Counted from the first letter of the whole stretch, positions 22,130-36,968 are shown. The stretch is DNA of 63,480 bases, filler included, from Reclinomonas americana ATCC 50394 (GCA_048213135.1; 9 parts of 9 records of this genome joined end to end with filler, not necessarily neighbours in it), one strand, 5' to 3'. Made by a program: numbers and translations. The notes: generated by a model not told the origin, from the sequence alone.

Positions 22130-25100
22130 CACGACTCACACACAATGCCGTGTGAGCAGGGCGCTGGTCGGTTCCGTGTATTTCGACTTTTATGAGCAGG
22201 TGGCACACCAGTACGCGCTGGTGCTGCGTTGGCTCTCCAAGTACCGCCTGGCCAACATTGTCAACTCGCTGCGTGGCCTGGTGCTTTCGGCGCGTCTCCC
22301 GGTCGAGGACCTGAAGGCTGTCTATCATGGCATGCGCATGCTGTGCATGAGAGTGCGTCGCTGTGTGTTGATGTTGTGCTACCCGCTGGCCCACCTCACT
22401 CTGGAATCCACGCAGCCACATTCCGCGGATGGCTCAGCCGTGCAGGACCTGCTGGGATTCTTCCTCACCCAGCTGAACGAGCTCGGCTCAAAGCACAACC
22501 CGATCCGTGGAGTCCTCGTGCGCACATTGACCTCGCTCGTGCAGCAGCTCGACTTTAGCAACCCCAACATTAGCGACGTCACTGCCAAGGGCGTGCTCGA
22601 TCAAGTGCGTGAGATCTTCAACAAGGCCAACGCCATGCTCAAGCACCCCGAGTTGGCCTCCTCGTGCTACAGTCTCATGACGGCGTACATTATCAACTCG
22701 CCGCTCGACGAGTACCGCGCCGGCGGTGTGCAGTACTTTGAGGACACCATCCTCGGTGCGTCACTCTCTTGTACTCAACCAATGGTTCGCGCATTGTGTC
22801 ACTGACAATACTTTGTCGATTTTTGTGTGCGCAGGCGTGGCACGCAAGCGCCCCGACTTTGTGGTGGAGTCGTGCTTGGCGTGGCTGCGAGGCCAGTTCT
22901 ACTCGGCACGCATGTCTCACGAGCTGGAGACGCACTTGTCGGGCCCGCTGCCGGCTGCTCTCCGTCGCAACTTGCTCGACGTGTTTTTCAACAAGGTCGG
23001 AGCGTTTGATCAGTTGAGTGCAACCGACCTCGTCAGCATAGACCGCCAGTCGCCTCAATGCCTGACCCATGTCTTGTTTCAGGGACCACTTCCGCAGTCG
23101 CCTGGCCGTGTCGCGGCCTCGCGACCCCGATTTCTTCATGGACGATGGCCAGGTGTTCCAGTGCGTCACTCGCTCCGACCAACCCGGCAGCCCGTCGGGT
23201 GGTCTGGTTCCTGCGTCGGCCATCACGGCGCTTGATCGCGTGTTCTTGTTGTTCTTTGCCGCAAAACACTCGAGTGCGCTGATGATCAACGACGTCTCCA
23301 TCTACTCGGATCTGTTGGTGCAGATTGCTGTCATCAAGTTTCGTTGCTACGCACCCACTCATTTCTTCCCCCCATGTTGCTCACTGCTGCGTGCATGTTA
23401 GCTTTGAGTTCTTCCGTGACTCGGTCATTCCGCGCGTTCAGTCGGGGCAGGTGTCGACCGAGTTCCTGCTGGTGGCATTTCGTGCGCTGCGCGTGGTCCT
23501 CGATCCGGACTACCGCTTCTTGGCGAATGTTGTTCGCGCGCCAACTGTGGGCTCGTCGTACAATGTCATGGAGCAAAAGGTACGTAGTGCTGTACGCGTG
23601 GGGACGAGCGGCTTCAAGCGGACTGACAGTGCGGTTGATGGCAGTTGGAGAGCCTCCGCGAGGTCTCGCAATCGGTCCTCTTCTCGATGGTGCAGGGCTG
23701 CGAGTCGCGTGTCGGCATCACACAGCTGGGCATGCAGGGCATCAGCACGCCCATCACGTCGTACCGCACGGAAGGCGACGCTGTCGTCAACATTGAGGGT
23801 CTTTACGAGCCGCAGCAGACCGGTGCTGCCGAGACTGCCGAGTCTGAGATCAAGACTGCGGACGACTACTGGCTGCGCTACGGTGGCAAGGTGCTCTCCC
23901 GTCACCGTCTGCCGGAAGAGGTCTGGTGTCGTCGACGAGGCAGTTGTGTGGCGTGGAAGTCTTGTGTGCTGAAACTGCTGCCGTTCGATAGGAATTGTTG
24001 CATGAGGCGCTGCAGTACTACCAGCGCGAGGCAGGCGAGCTGGTGTATCCGGATTTGGCGTACGAGCAGTCGCTGAATGTGCGTGATATTCTTTGTTCCT
24101 CTTTCTTCACTTGTGCAGTCGGATTCACGTTGCATGCCCACCACAGGCCAACTTTATCGAGCTGTACAAGCGACGCAAGGCCATCAAGCCGGCGCAGCAA
24201 ATCTTCTTGGATCTGTACCGCGAGCTCGTGCGCTGCGTGCCAGTGGTGCGTTGTCGCGTGGAAGAGCCCTTCCCCTCCTTGTCAGTTTGACGACTCACAG
24301 TCTCACTCTTGCATGTGTGACGCACGCAGATGACACCGATCCAGATCATCACCACTGAGGACATTCGTGCTTTTGTGGGCATGCTGCTGGTGCATTTCGA
24401 TGCCGGTCTCAGTCGCGCCTGCTCCCACGCGCTGCAGCGCCTGGTGTTTGAGCAGGGCAGTCTGCGATTCCGCGTGCTCGAGGTCTCGTTGTTCTCATAT
24501 GTGTGTGTGTCTTGTCTTCCGTTTGCTGACGATGCGCGTCTCCGTTGCAGAACGTGATGAGCATTGCGCTGACCAACGAGCTGGAGACATTCCAGATGCT
24601 GACAATTGCGGAGAACACGCGCGTGCTCTTCAAGGAGCTGCTGCAGGCTCTGGAGGAGGAGCAGCGAGCCAGCGGCGGACAACTGTCACGCGAGCAGCGT
24701 ATCCGAGTCGAAGATCTGGCCATCAAGGGCGACGCCACGGCCTTCCGCTTGCTGACCATTGCTCACGTCGAGGTGCGCAAGATCGGTCTCAAGATCGCCA
24801 AGCAGGTGGCCGAGGCCCGCCGCTTCCTGGAGGAGGGCGACACACCAATGCTGACCACCTTCTCCATCGACAAGCACTTTTGGTACATGCGTGTCACTGC
24901 TGGTGTGTATCGCGCTCTTCTCCGTACTCACCCAGTCGCCTCCTCCTCCTCCCCCTCAGCTTGGAAGCCATCATTGAGCGATTTGGCGAGGACATTTATC
25001 GCAGCGCAGTGCAGCGCATCCTCGAAGTGTGTCCGCTCTCGCCTGCTCGAGTGCCGATCGTTGCGTCAGCCGCTGTCACGTCGCAGGCGTTGCTTGTGTG

Positions 25101-28100
25101 TTACTGATTGCTGTGCACAGACCAAGGACTTCCCTGCGCGCAAGTTTGACATTCTGGCCGAAGACCTGTGGACCGTCCTCTGGCCGTTCATTCTTGGCGA
25201 GCTGGCGGTGGTCTTTGCCAAATATGTGCGCTGCTTTTTTGCCTCCCCGTCACGTTGCTGCATACACTGTTTTTCTTTTGCTCACGCATGTGAATGCAGG
25301 GTTTCCCGGCCACGGTGTTGCACGTGCAACATGTGATGATGTGGCGCGCAGGCGAGCTGATTGCTCAGGCACCGCTGACGCTGCAGGAGGCGGCAAAGAC
25401 GCCTGCGGTCCACAACAGTCGCTGTTGCGTACACACTCCCTTTACTGCTTCTTGTGTTCATCTGTTGAACCTCACGTTGTATACGTTGTTTACTTATTTG
25501 TGCAGACATGCTGAAGCAGCTGGCAGAGCTCGTGCTTCTGTACGCGCCGTTGTATCCGCGCTCCTCCACCGAGTACGAAGAGGGTTAGCGACTGCTGTCA
25601 TTGCTGTCACCGTTACGCAATGAATCAGTGGTATTAACTCCTCTCTCTGTGCCACAGAGATTGTCGCCGGCGACGCCGATCTGCGCCTGCACTCTGCCGA
25701 GTTGCGCGCGCAAGTGGCTTCGCAGGAGCAAATCACACAGATCATTCGCCGCAACTTTGATTACCTCCGCTCGGAGATTCAGTGGCACCCGCTGGTCAAG
25801 ACGCTGGCCTCGTACTTCCTCAACACACGGTCGGTGCCGATTGCGCTTCTCGTGCTGGACGACTGGTGGCAGGTGCACGAACGCCAGCGCCGTCGCTCAA
25901 CCAAGAAACTCGACGTGCTCTACTACCGCTATCATGCGGTGTTTAGGTGCGTACCGACCATCCACCGTGCAGAAAGACGAGGCGTGCCACTGACTGTGTG
26001 TCTCTTCAGCGCCATCATGACCAATCTGACCGTCGGTGGCCGCATGGTGCACGTCGAAGCGCTGTTGCCGCTGATCCGTACCGAGCATGCCAAAGTCACT
26101 CAGCTGGTCGGCAGCAACAACTTTATGGCCGCGCAGAGCCCCGAGGCCGTTCTCATGTTGCAGGTGTGCACTGCTGTGTCTGTCTATTATATCAGCTCCT
26201 GTGTGTGTGTGTACTCATCGTGGATGATGCAGAGCTCGTGGCTCGACTTGGTGATTGTCAATTTGTCGATTGCTCGTGCATTCAATCGCCTGCGCCGTTG
26301 CGTCGCCCGACTTGCACCCTCCTTGTACTGCAAGTGAGTGCTCATTGTGTTGGCGCGCAGGTGATGAGCGTCAGCAGCTGTTGGAGAACGTGTGGAATCT
26401 GCAGGCGCGCCAGACCATCATCCACGAGCTGTCGTACCTGTGGCGTGAACCAGGCGCTGTGGTGCGTTCGCTGCCTCGAACCCGGCATGGCGTGTGCTGA
26501 TTGTTTGATTGTCTCACCTGTTTCGTACGTCGGCGCAGGATGGCACGGAGCGCACCGCACAGCTGCTCGGCAAGAAGACTGATGGCGACGCCCGCCAGAA
26601 CTACGTCCTGCTTCACAAGGCCTACGTGCGCAAGATTGCACAGACGGCCGGGTTGGCACTGGAGGAGGTGATCAAGCTTGGTCCGTGCCTCAACCCGATT
26701 ATTGTGCGCGGTGATGGTGCGACGGGCATCGGCAACTATCCCATTCAGTACTCTTCGATCCAGTCGCTCGACCGCACACTCGCCGATGGTGTGTATATTG
26801 TTCATTCTATTTTCGTATCACGAGTTTGCGCACTGATCCAACTACCGGCATTTTGCAGGCGAGGAGCGCGGTCACCGCATTGATCGACTTCCGACCACGG
26901 CCATGCTCAATGGCCGCCTGAATCTGTTCTCGCACACTGATGACCTTGCTCTTCTCGATCCGTACATTGCGCTGGAGGAGACCGGCTTGCGGTGCGTGTC
27001 TCTCTCCCCGCATGAACATGTTCCTCATGTGCTAAGCTGTGCGTGCGGGATTGTGTGGTGGCAGTGTGCTCGGATCTGTGGCCGAGCACCACAACTGGCT
27101 TCTACCGCTCCTCATCACCGGCTTCTTCCAGAATGTGAACTCGCAGCGCATCATCAACTCCATTTTCCACACCATGTCGTGCATGTTCATGCACATGCCG
27201 AACGAGTCCGACGCCAATGTGTCGTCGGGCATCCTGCGCGGTGCGTGCCGCCTGTGCATGGAGGGCGTGGTTTTCGAACCCCAATTTCTCACTTGTGACA
27301 CTCGCAGAGCGCTTCCGTCGCCTGGGCGAGTTGAAGAATCGCGAGGACTTGGGTATCCCGCCGCGCAAGCACCTGGCGCAGGAGACTGTCGAGCGGTTCG
27401 TTTTGTGTGCCCGGTGGCGGCCGCTGGAATGCTGTGTTGCGTGCTGACACTGTTGGTGCTCATGCGTAGATGGAAGGAAGCACGTCACGGCATGCTGCAA
27501 ATGTGCCTGTTCATGCTGGGTGACTTGGAGCTGGAGAACCGCTGCAAGGCTTTTGACCTGTTGCTGGCGTTTAGCAGCCTGTGGGAGGACGGCTCCACTG
27601 GCGCCAGCTTTGACAGCACCCTGCGACCGTACCACGTGGCGTTCCACACCAGCGCACACGCGCAGGTGCAGCAGGCGGCGCACGAAGTGGCAGAAGCCGT
27701 GTCGCGTCACCTTGAGGCATTTTCGCGCGTGGTTCTGGTCGACGGTTTCACGTTGATGCAGTTGCGTCGTGGTAGCCCACCAAACACCGCCATCCACTCA
27801 GTGTTGACTCACTCGACTTTCTACTTCACAGAAACACCATCGACCAGCGCAAGAAGGCGTGGATTGCCGAGTACCTCGAGCCGTGGGCCATCAACGTTGA
27901 CTTGACGGGCACCGATGTGAGTCGTTTGCAGCTGCTCTCCCCATCATTCTCATGCTTCTGACACGTCTCTGCAGGACGACTCGTTCCTTCTCGCGGCCTG
28001 CTATACGGCCTCGCGCCATCTGCACGACCACTTTTTGCAGAATGCCGCCTCCGCCTTCTGGGAGCGTTTGGCCGAGCGACCGCACGACAACCTCGGCACC

Positions 28101-30960
28101 GTGGTGCACTACTTGATGCAAAAGACGTTGCTGTCGGACCGTGATACGGAGCTGTGTGGCAAGATTTTCGGCAACATTTTCCGCTTCGAGCGCGGCGTGC
28201 TGCTCGAGCTGATGCTGTCGGAGATTTCGCCCGAGCGCTACCAGCAGGCCATGGACGTGCCGCATGACGAGGGAGCACTGGGTCGACAGCATCCACGGTT
28301 TGCTCATCTCTCCGTCGCATCCATCCATCGTATCCAGTCTTTATCCTTACGCTGTTCTCTTTGTACAGACGACCAAACAATGGAGTGAGTCGCCTGCTTT
28401 ACTGAATACCTTTGCCCGTCGCCTTTCTCACTCGCCTCTTTTTTATTTTTCTTCATCTCTCAGGAAGTACCACCCGAACAAGGTGTGTGCTATGTGTGCG
28501 GTTTGGTTGTCATCCTACTTTGCACTGCATACTCACTCTCGTGTTTTTTTTTTTTTTGTCAGTGGTCGATGCATTGGACCGTCGCCGAGTGGCCGAGATC
28601 AAAGGCAAGCGTCTCGCCGAGATGGACATTCGTCGCCGCGCCGTCGTCCGCCTACTGCCGTCTGTGCTCACGCAGCTGCACACACGCGACGAGTTCTTGG
28701 AGATTCTGCCGCGCGTCTTTGTTTACGCGCTGCTGTCGATGGGCTGTTGCGTCTCTACCCTCAAACAAATGCCACCCTGCGCACATATGCGCATACACAA
28801 ATCTGACTCTTCCTCTGCACTGCAGCTGACACGGAGCGCACTTCGAATCCGCACAAGCTGCTGCTGACCATCATCCACCAGCTGATGGTGTACTTTGATG
28901 GTGAGTAAGAAGGAGAGGAATACTCCGTGCATCACCGTCACCTCATATTCCACGTGTGTCGACAGAGGGTTCCGCACCGTCGCGTACGCTGGCCACGCTG
29001 AAGATGTACCTGGAGAGCCCCACATTCCGCCTCAACTGGCGCTGCGAGTCGTCACAGCGTGTGCACGAGCAGTTCAACGACGATGTTATTCGCGAGTACG
29101 TGCCGGCATCGCAGCAGGAGCTGGTTCAATTCCAGCGACTGTACCCGGTGGTGCTCGGCGAAGTCGACGCCGTCATGTTTGTACAAAAGTTCTGCTTCTG
29201 CATCTCCGGACTGTCGGAGACTCTGCAAAGCGACATTGGCAAGGAGTGCCTCAGCTGGGCCCTCCTCAGTGGCGAGTCTCTCATGCGTGTCAAGGCCGTC
29301 ACGGTGTACCGCTCCATTCTGTCGCCGCTGAGCCGCGACTGCGTGCACGCATTGCTGAAGATGCTGCACAAGGCCTGCGAGACTGTGGAGCGCGGATGGC
29401 GCACTCGCCACCGCAAGACAGACTCCGTTCGCCAGCGATTCATCTGGCGCATCTTGGCACTCGGCGACAGTGCGTGCTTTGCGCCGGGTCTGGTGGAGGC
29501 TCTCGAGTCACTGAGCGCGCTGAGTGTGCGTGCATGTTTTCTGTTTCCCCCCGTTGTGTGTGTTTTGCTGACCTTTCGTGTGCAGGACATTGCGCTCTTC
29601 CTGCGCGCCAATGGGCGTGGATCCGACTTCCCTGAGATTGTGTGGGCCGCCGTGGCCGCAATGCGCGCCCCGCTGCCTGCACTGTATCAGCCCGCGGTGC
29701 GCCTGCTGCAGACGCTGGCCTCCGATGTCGGTGTGTTTGAGAAGCTGTTTGTCGGCAACGTGCAAGACAAGCGACAGCTGTTGGCCTATGTGGACGGTTG
29801 GGTGCCGGCGTTTTCGGGCATCCAGCCCATGCTTCTGCGTGGCCTCATGGACCCTGCTCTGGAAGAGGACACGTACAACTTCCTCGCCGGCCTCATCCAG
29901 GCGCCGTGCCGTGAGATGGTCGACAGCAGTCCGTCACGCATGTTTGTTGCGTCAGCACGCCGTCCATCCAGCCCGCCGCTACTCCACTTCTTGCTTGTCA
30001 CACTCACTGTGTGCCCTTCTTTTGTGTGCAGATGACGGTGCTGGCCTTCCTCCCGGTTATTTTCCGTGAGTTTGAGCTGAACGCGGCCGCCTTCTCCACG
30101 TTCTCGACGTACGACATGGCGCTATCGTTGGTGGATCTCTTGAAGGCGTGGGACGCGCAGCGTTCTGTGCGCCTGGTCAATCTTTTTGAGCAGTATCGAG
30201 TGCAGGAGATCAGAGTGAGTGCAATCTTCTTTATGGCGCGCATCACCCAAGTCACACCACCGTCTCACGCAAGTGCGTTGCTCTGTGTGTGTGTGTGTGC
30301 AGCACGCTGATGTGTGGTTTGCCGAAGTGTGCCGTGAGATGGCACGCCTGTTCTTGCCGACGCATGCGGTGCTTGCTGCCGGTGTGTGTCCTTGCGCTCA
30401 CTTATTCACACTCCACTTGGCATGTGTGATGCTGACGATCCCCGCACACAGATTTCCTCACCAACATGTTCGTGTCGGGCCCGGAGCACAACCGCCTGCC
30501 TGTCATCAAGATCACCGCGTGCTTCCTCAGCGCCGAGAATGCATCGTCCATTGTGCAACACTTTGGTGGCTTGCTCAAGGTATGTGGTGATGTATCGTCA
30601 CCCTTTTTTTGATAAGTTACTGACTCGATTGGTGCAGCTGGTGACACTACACGTGCAAAGCCAGTCGCTGACGGCCGCGGTGGGAGAATTGCTGGCCTTT
30701 GCGGTGCGCGCGGCCACCCCGCCCGATGCTCCATGCCTGTCGGTGGGCAGTTCATCGGAGCCACTGCGCGCATCAGTGCTGCAGCACGACCGCCGTCGCT
30801 TGTCGTTGCGTCGAGACTGCTAACTGTAAGCGCCAGTGTGCCTTATTGCTAACTAACTGCGGTCCACAGTCACGCACTGAGTGGCCTGTCGCGCGTCATC
30901 CTTCACAACCAGTCGTTTGTGAACAATCCGTCGATCGCGTTTGCCCGGCGTGACATCTCC
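22130..30960 (+). CDS. Furry/Tao3/MOR2-PAG1-like large HEAT-repeat protein (both ends in gaps)
   Basis: Long multi-exon frame. The segments CLSWALLSGESLMRVKAVTVYRSILSPL, FPEIVWAAVAAM...LYQPAVRLL and FSGIQPMLLRGL resemble the MOR2-PAG1 C-terminal region from memory. Confidence 0.7.
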
Positions 30961-31068
30961 NNNNNNNNNNNNNNNNNNNNNNNNNNNNNNNNNNNNNNNN
31001 NNNNTTAATTAATTAANNNNNNNNNNNNNNNNNNNNNNNNNNNNNNNNNNNNNNNNNNNNGTCGTAGC

Positions 31069-31122
<54 letters not shown>

Positions 31123-31123
31123 G

Positions 31124-32094
31124 CGTTCTCTCCGTTTCTGCAATGAGACACGCCCTCACACGTCCGATACACAGCCTATGAAGCGCCGGGGCCCCTTGTC
31201 TCCCGACCGCGGTGCCGACATTTCCGCGCAAGAGATCGAAATCGATCTCGACAGCGACGAAGACTACCAGCCAGTGCGTCGTCCCTGTTCCACTGATGCG
31301 CGCCCGAGTGATCTTGTGACTGATCTATTCTTGCCCCCGCTGCAGCCAATCTCCCATCGATCCAACGCCTCACACGGCTCGCTGACGCAGTCGGCACTGG
31401 CGTCGCACAATCGCGCTCCATCACCTCCAAGAGGCGGCCGCGGTGGCGCCCCGATTCAGAAGGAACCACCGGCTCTGGTGCAACTGCTGCACAATCCGGT
31501 CTTGCGGCCGTACTTCCAGCGCTTTGTCAGCCAGAACTACGAGACGTTGCGTCGGCGAGAAGAGAGAGTGAGAAAGAGATTAATTGCCTTTTGTCTGTTG
31601 GTGCTCATCGACGTTTTGCCTGCAGTGACGGCCTCAATTTCTATCTGGCTGTGCGCGACTTCGTGTCGGAGGTACTTCAGTGATGATCGTCGTCGTGGTT
31701 TTCGCGTAGGGACACAGTCACTCATTCATTTTTTGCACGCACAGCCAAATGTGACCAAGCAGGCGCTGAAGGCTCGTGTTATCATTGAACGGTTCATCTC
31801 GCTGGACTCGTTTGACACGCTCAGTTGCGTACCGACAAGTGTACTGTCGGATGTGTGTGTGTGTGTGTGTGAGCAACCACAACAGTCTGTGCTCATTCGC
31901 CGTCGCACACAGACATTTCCGACTCAACGCGTCGCCAAGTTCTGCACGCGTTCTCGGTATCGTCGCTGACGCCGCCGCTGTCGCTGTTCGATGTGGCACA
32001 GGATGAAGTGTTGCAATCCATGGCCTCGGAGGTCTACCCCATGTTCCTGCACTCGCGCGAGTACGCCTCCATGGTGGAATCCGGCAAGGTTTAA
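31124..32094 (+). CDS. RGS (regulator of G-protein signalling) domain, C-terminal exons
   Basis: LLHNPVLRPYFQRFVSQNYET|DGLNFYLAVRDF...KARVIIERFISLDSFDTL|NISDSTRRQV...LFDVAQDEVLQSMASEVYPMFLHSREY; begins at an intron acceptor. Confidence 0.85.
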
Positions 32095-32314
32095 GCCGAC
32101 CTTGTTAGTCCTTTTGTGTGTGTGTGTGTCAAGTTCCCGTTGCGGTCACCGCGCCGCCACTGTTGTGCATTTTCTACTACCGTTGTTTCTCTTTTCTTCT
32201 TGTGTCAAATCGCTTCGCTGTGCAGTAACCTCCTCCTCCCACTTTTACAACCATTGCGTACTTTATAAAAAGACAACAACTACGCTTTCGTACAAGTTGA
32301 TTTGCGCGTGTCTC

Positions 32315-35300
32315 CTACCGCCGCCGACTCTGCTGCGTGCCAACCGTGCTGCTCGCCGCCGAGTCAATGTCACTGCCACTGTCGTCGTCGTCGGACGACA
32401 TCACATCGCTGATAGTTGGCCGGCCCTGCGACATCATCGGGCCAACAGGCAGCGAGTAATGTACGCACTCTTGCTGTGCGCGCTTCACACAAGCGTTCTA
32501 GCAGACGCAGCAGCACAGTGAGATCACGCAATAGACAGAAGAAGGACATTAGACGAGTAGCACACCTTTTCGTGCACCACCTCCAGTTGTGCCGACAGCG
32601 TGGCCCTGCCCAGGTCTTCCAGGTTGTGCCGCGGCCAGATTTCGGAGACCACATCGAAAAAGTAATGCAGCTGTGCCGACGATGTGTCCTCGATCTGCAC
32701 GACATGGGCGACACGTCAGACATGGCAGGCACTGGCGGGAATGAGTACACACACAGTCACGCAACTCGACTCATGCGACCGACGCCAAGTGTCGGTGTCA
32801 TGCCACGCGCCTCGCGGTGGAACGACCTGAGCACAAAGTCAGCTTATGCATCCATGAAAATGCAATAAATGCACAACAAGCAAACACCCACCCGCGGAGG
32901 GCAGACGCCGGCGGCAGTGGAACGAGAGGTTTCGGACTGAGACCACTGTCGAATCTGGCAGTGTTCCTCTGCAGATCAGCAAGCACCTGTTTGCTCGTCA
33001 TGAGTGAGTCTTCAGCTGAAGTGAGTAGCGCAAGCGTGCGTGTAACCCACCTCGGCATTCGGTGACAGAACGCCGACGGCTGACGCCGAAGCAACGGTCG
33101 CCATCTTGGCCTGCTTCTCCTCCTCCTCGACACGCTCCTTCATCTCCAGCAGCGAATGCGTCTCGAGAAGTGTGCGCGACACTGCGCGCTCTTCTTCGTA
33201 CAACTCGCGCAGCAGACGGACCTGCAGCAGCAGCAACAAGAGGTGAAAAGGGGTGCACAAGGACAACTGCTTCCCAAGTCGACGAGACCTTGGATCGCAG
33301 TTGCTCGACGGTGGTGCCGAGCTGCTCGAGATGAATGAGGTCGGGATCCGCGCTGCCATTCTCGGTCACCAAGGGCGGCGCTGGTGGCTTTCTCGACTTG
33401 CCAGAGCCCTGTCGGCCACCAGCCGACGACGCACTGGACCTCGACGTTCGACTGGACAGCGATGCGAGGTCGTCGTCTGTCGACTCGCTGTTGAGGCTGG
33501 CAAACGAGTCGAGATCCCATTGAATCTCCGCTGTTTTCCCCTGCACGGATGGGAGAGGAAATGTGGGACGGAGAACGATCAGTGTCCGCACAACACCCGT
33601 AACAAACAAATGCACAACGAAACAACACTGTCCGGTGCGTGTGGTCTTGTCAATGCTACCAGCTTGCCCGAGATGCGCTTTCGTTTCCGTATGGAACCTT
33701 GCGCCTTTTTCAACATCTTCTCAAACTGCAGGCCCATAACATGTGTGAGAATCAGATGTATATAGTGACTGCAACACACGTACGAGTACCTGCTTCTGTA
33801 CAGAGCCGTTGACCAGCGACAAGGCATTGTTGCACACCACAGTGCCCGAGTGTGCCTCAATGTCTCGCAACAGTCGATCCTGCCCGACTTCCTTGATGTG
33901 GAACAGCTCATACACACTGCGACCACAGATTCAGTCAGCCCCTCCTGAATATCGACACAGAGCACAACATGCTGCGTTGATAACAACTCAACTCCTTCAT
34001 CTGCACCTGCCAGTGGCTGCTCGACATGTACGGTTCCAGCACACAGTCGTGTACGTGATTCTCCTGCGCGCATAGCGGTGCAAATGAACACGCATGCACA
34101 CACACACACAGCAGCACCGAGTGACAACGAAACTCGCGTCAACAGCGTCATGTTCATGTGATGCGCACAGAGACGCATGTTCGGCCGCGTGACATCCACC
34201 TCGTTCAAACAGTGCAACCACTCGCACAGTTTGGCGGTGTACTCCAGGGAGAGGGTGGCGCGCTCTGTGGACTTGTCACCGTCGTCGCCGTCCTTGTCGC
34301 GATGCTTTTGCAACGGCGATTGGGTGGGGAATGGCCGGAAATGTGTGTACGGGCTCAGCTGTGAGCCACGTCCATCGGCTCCGCCCGCATCGCTGCCCCA
34401 CGGATGCACGTCGGAGTGTGCCTCGCTCAGCATCGATCGAAGACCGCCGGATGCCTGTGCGATCGTTAGTCTGCAATGCACACACAGCGACTCACGCGGA
34501 CCTCCGTCGCACCTTGCGCTGTAGACCCTGCGACTGCGGCGCATCTCGTCTGCCGTACAACGGAGTGGCCGCCAATCGGAATGGCGAGCCATCGTCACCA
34601 GTGGGCGTTGCACCCGCCATCAACAGCTGATTCGGCGACGGCGAAGGCAGGCCCAGAGGCTTGGCCGCTGCCGTTGGCGCGAGACGAGCCATCGACGGCA
34701 TCAGTTGACGATGTGCGTTCTGCACCAACCGCACATTACATGGCGTCAGCGCACGACACTCAGTAGAACCAGCAGAATGATGAAGGCCGTACCTCTTCAT
34801 CTCCACCTCCCTCCCCTTTGGCATCGGCGCCGCCCTCGGACACCGTGTCGTCAGTGTGCAGTCCAAGCTCCTTCTCGACGGCCGCAACCATGGCCGCATG
34901 ACCTGTCTCACGCTTCTGCGCTTGCACCTGGTCGTCCAGGAAGGCCGCATTGTCCGTCTCCGTCATGAACTGCACGAGCACTTGCGCAAACTGCAGCTTC
35001 GGCGGCTCCTCCTCCGCGAGGTACGGCGGGTACAGCCAGCAGTATCGGTAGGTCCACCGACGTCGCTCCTGCTGCGGCGCCTCCGGGAAGCAGGCGGTGC
35101 CGCAGTTGGGTGCCTCGCTCGGTTCACGCACCACATACACCGTGTACAATTCTTGCAGCTGGCGGTCGGACAACGCAAACACTCGCGATCGGCGACCCGG
35201 TTGTACCGACACCAGATAGAGATTGCTCAGCAACGCCATGGCACTGTTGGCGGCATACGAGCCGTACACCTCCTGCAGTAGCTGGCGATCCGACGGCCGC

Positions 35301-36968
35301 ACATGCAAGCAGCGGCGATGTGCCACACTCAGCAACTCGCGCACCGTGGCAGGCGCAAAATGCAGCCGATGTGCTGCACAGTGAACCAACACAGCGAGAT
35401 CAGCAAAGCGCATGAGGAGAGTGGCCGGGGAGAGAATGACGCAACGACCATACTTGACAATGCGCACGTCGGTACTCTTCTTATTAAGAGTCCACAAAAT
35501 GCGTCGACCAATTACTTTACATCTGTCAAACTGGCTGCGTTCGCGGAAGAGCTCCGCCAGTGGTGATAGCGGATGCGGACACATGGATTCGGGGTACTCC
35601 TCGTCTTGGAAGCCCTGCGAAGAAGAGGTAAGCAGTGGCCTGCGATGAACGGTGACTGACAAGAAAGAGGGAAAACACACCAATTCGCGGAGCCACACCA
35701 TGCGTTCCTGAGAGCGCGAGAACAGTGAGACGCGAAGAAGGGGTGAGCGCACACTACACAACACAGAATTGTCAACCTCAATGCAGAAGAATACTCGCGA
35801 GTCCATGATGGGCGACTGAAAGCTCAGTAGCCAGCCGAGCACTGTGTGCAGAAGAAGATGAGCATCTATTTTTCGGTGTGCGCGCTGCCGACAATCAGAC
35901 CTTTTGAGGTGAGTGGCGTGTGGACCTCGAGATCGGGTAACCGCGCAATCGAGCCCACAAACGATCGACTGTACCCATTGGCCATGGCCTCACGAATCAA
36001 ATCTGACGAGGGGCAGGACGGCAAAGTCAGCGCTGCTCGTTCGGTGGTGGAAAGTGTCGCGCAGACTGGCTCGACAGACCCTTCTTGTTGTGCGCAGCGC
36101 CCGACATGGACATCATGAGGCTGTTGAGGAGCTCGCGCATGTGAAACGGCGTGGCGGTGACTGCAGCGCGCACAGTTGTATCAGAGACCAACTCGCATAC
36201 GACCACAAACATCCATGGCGACGACGCAACAGAATTTGGAGATGCGTCGCTTCGTGTCGTGCCCGTCGGTGACATCGATGGGATGGCCAGCCACATCGAG
36301 CGCCGCGATTCGATGCACCACCACTCCGTCGCCTGTCGCGAGTGTGAGCCACGTTTCGCTTGATCACCCACAAGCACACACCACACACATACCGTCGACT
36401 TTGATGCGTCGCTTCTCCAGCGTCGACTGAAACACCTCCACCCACCGCTCAAAATCGGCCGAACCACGCTCCACATCGCGGACCTCGATCAGTGCTACAA
36501 CCGACCACCATCAACACGCTGCGCACGACAGAGAGAGAGAGAGAGGAGAATCGCACGCCACACCTTGCGTGTCCTCCACGATTCGCAACAGAAAGTTGCG
36601 CCAGTGATAATCGTCGAGAATGTTGGCGCGCTCAAAGGGCACCAGTGCGCGCAGCTTGTTGCACTTGTCGCGCAACGCCAGCAGCACCTTGATGCTGTAG
36701 AGCACGCACGAGTTGAACGAGTTCTGCGACTTGACAAAGAGCTGCTTGATCGCCTGCAGCTCGGCCCACTGATGCAACAAGAGAAGAACGCGCGATCGCG
36801 AAAGCACCCAGCGAATGCGTCGCCAGCATTGAATCTGTGCTCACGTGTGTCAGCGATGCCTTGCGTGTCCACAGTGTCCACATGAGGAGGAGGACCTTGC
36901 GCTCATTGGCAGCCGCAATGTGCTCCTCAGAGGTGATGATCAACGCGGCATGAGAGACATCCTCGTGC
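32315..36968 (-). CDS. Hypothetical multi-exon protein with a C-terminal coiled coil (5' end in gap)
   Basis: Exon-like frames WAELQAIKQLFVKSQNSF..., GFQDEEYPESMCPHPL..., LRELYEEERAVSRTLLE..., final exon ending QQSRRR*. No family recognised. Confidence 0.55.
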
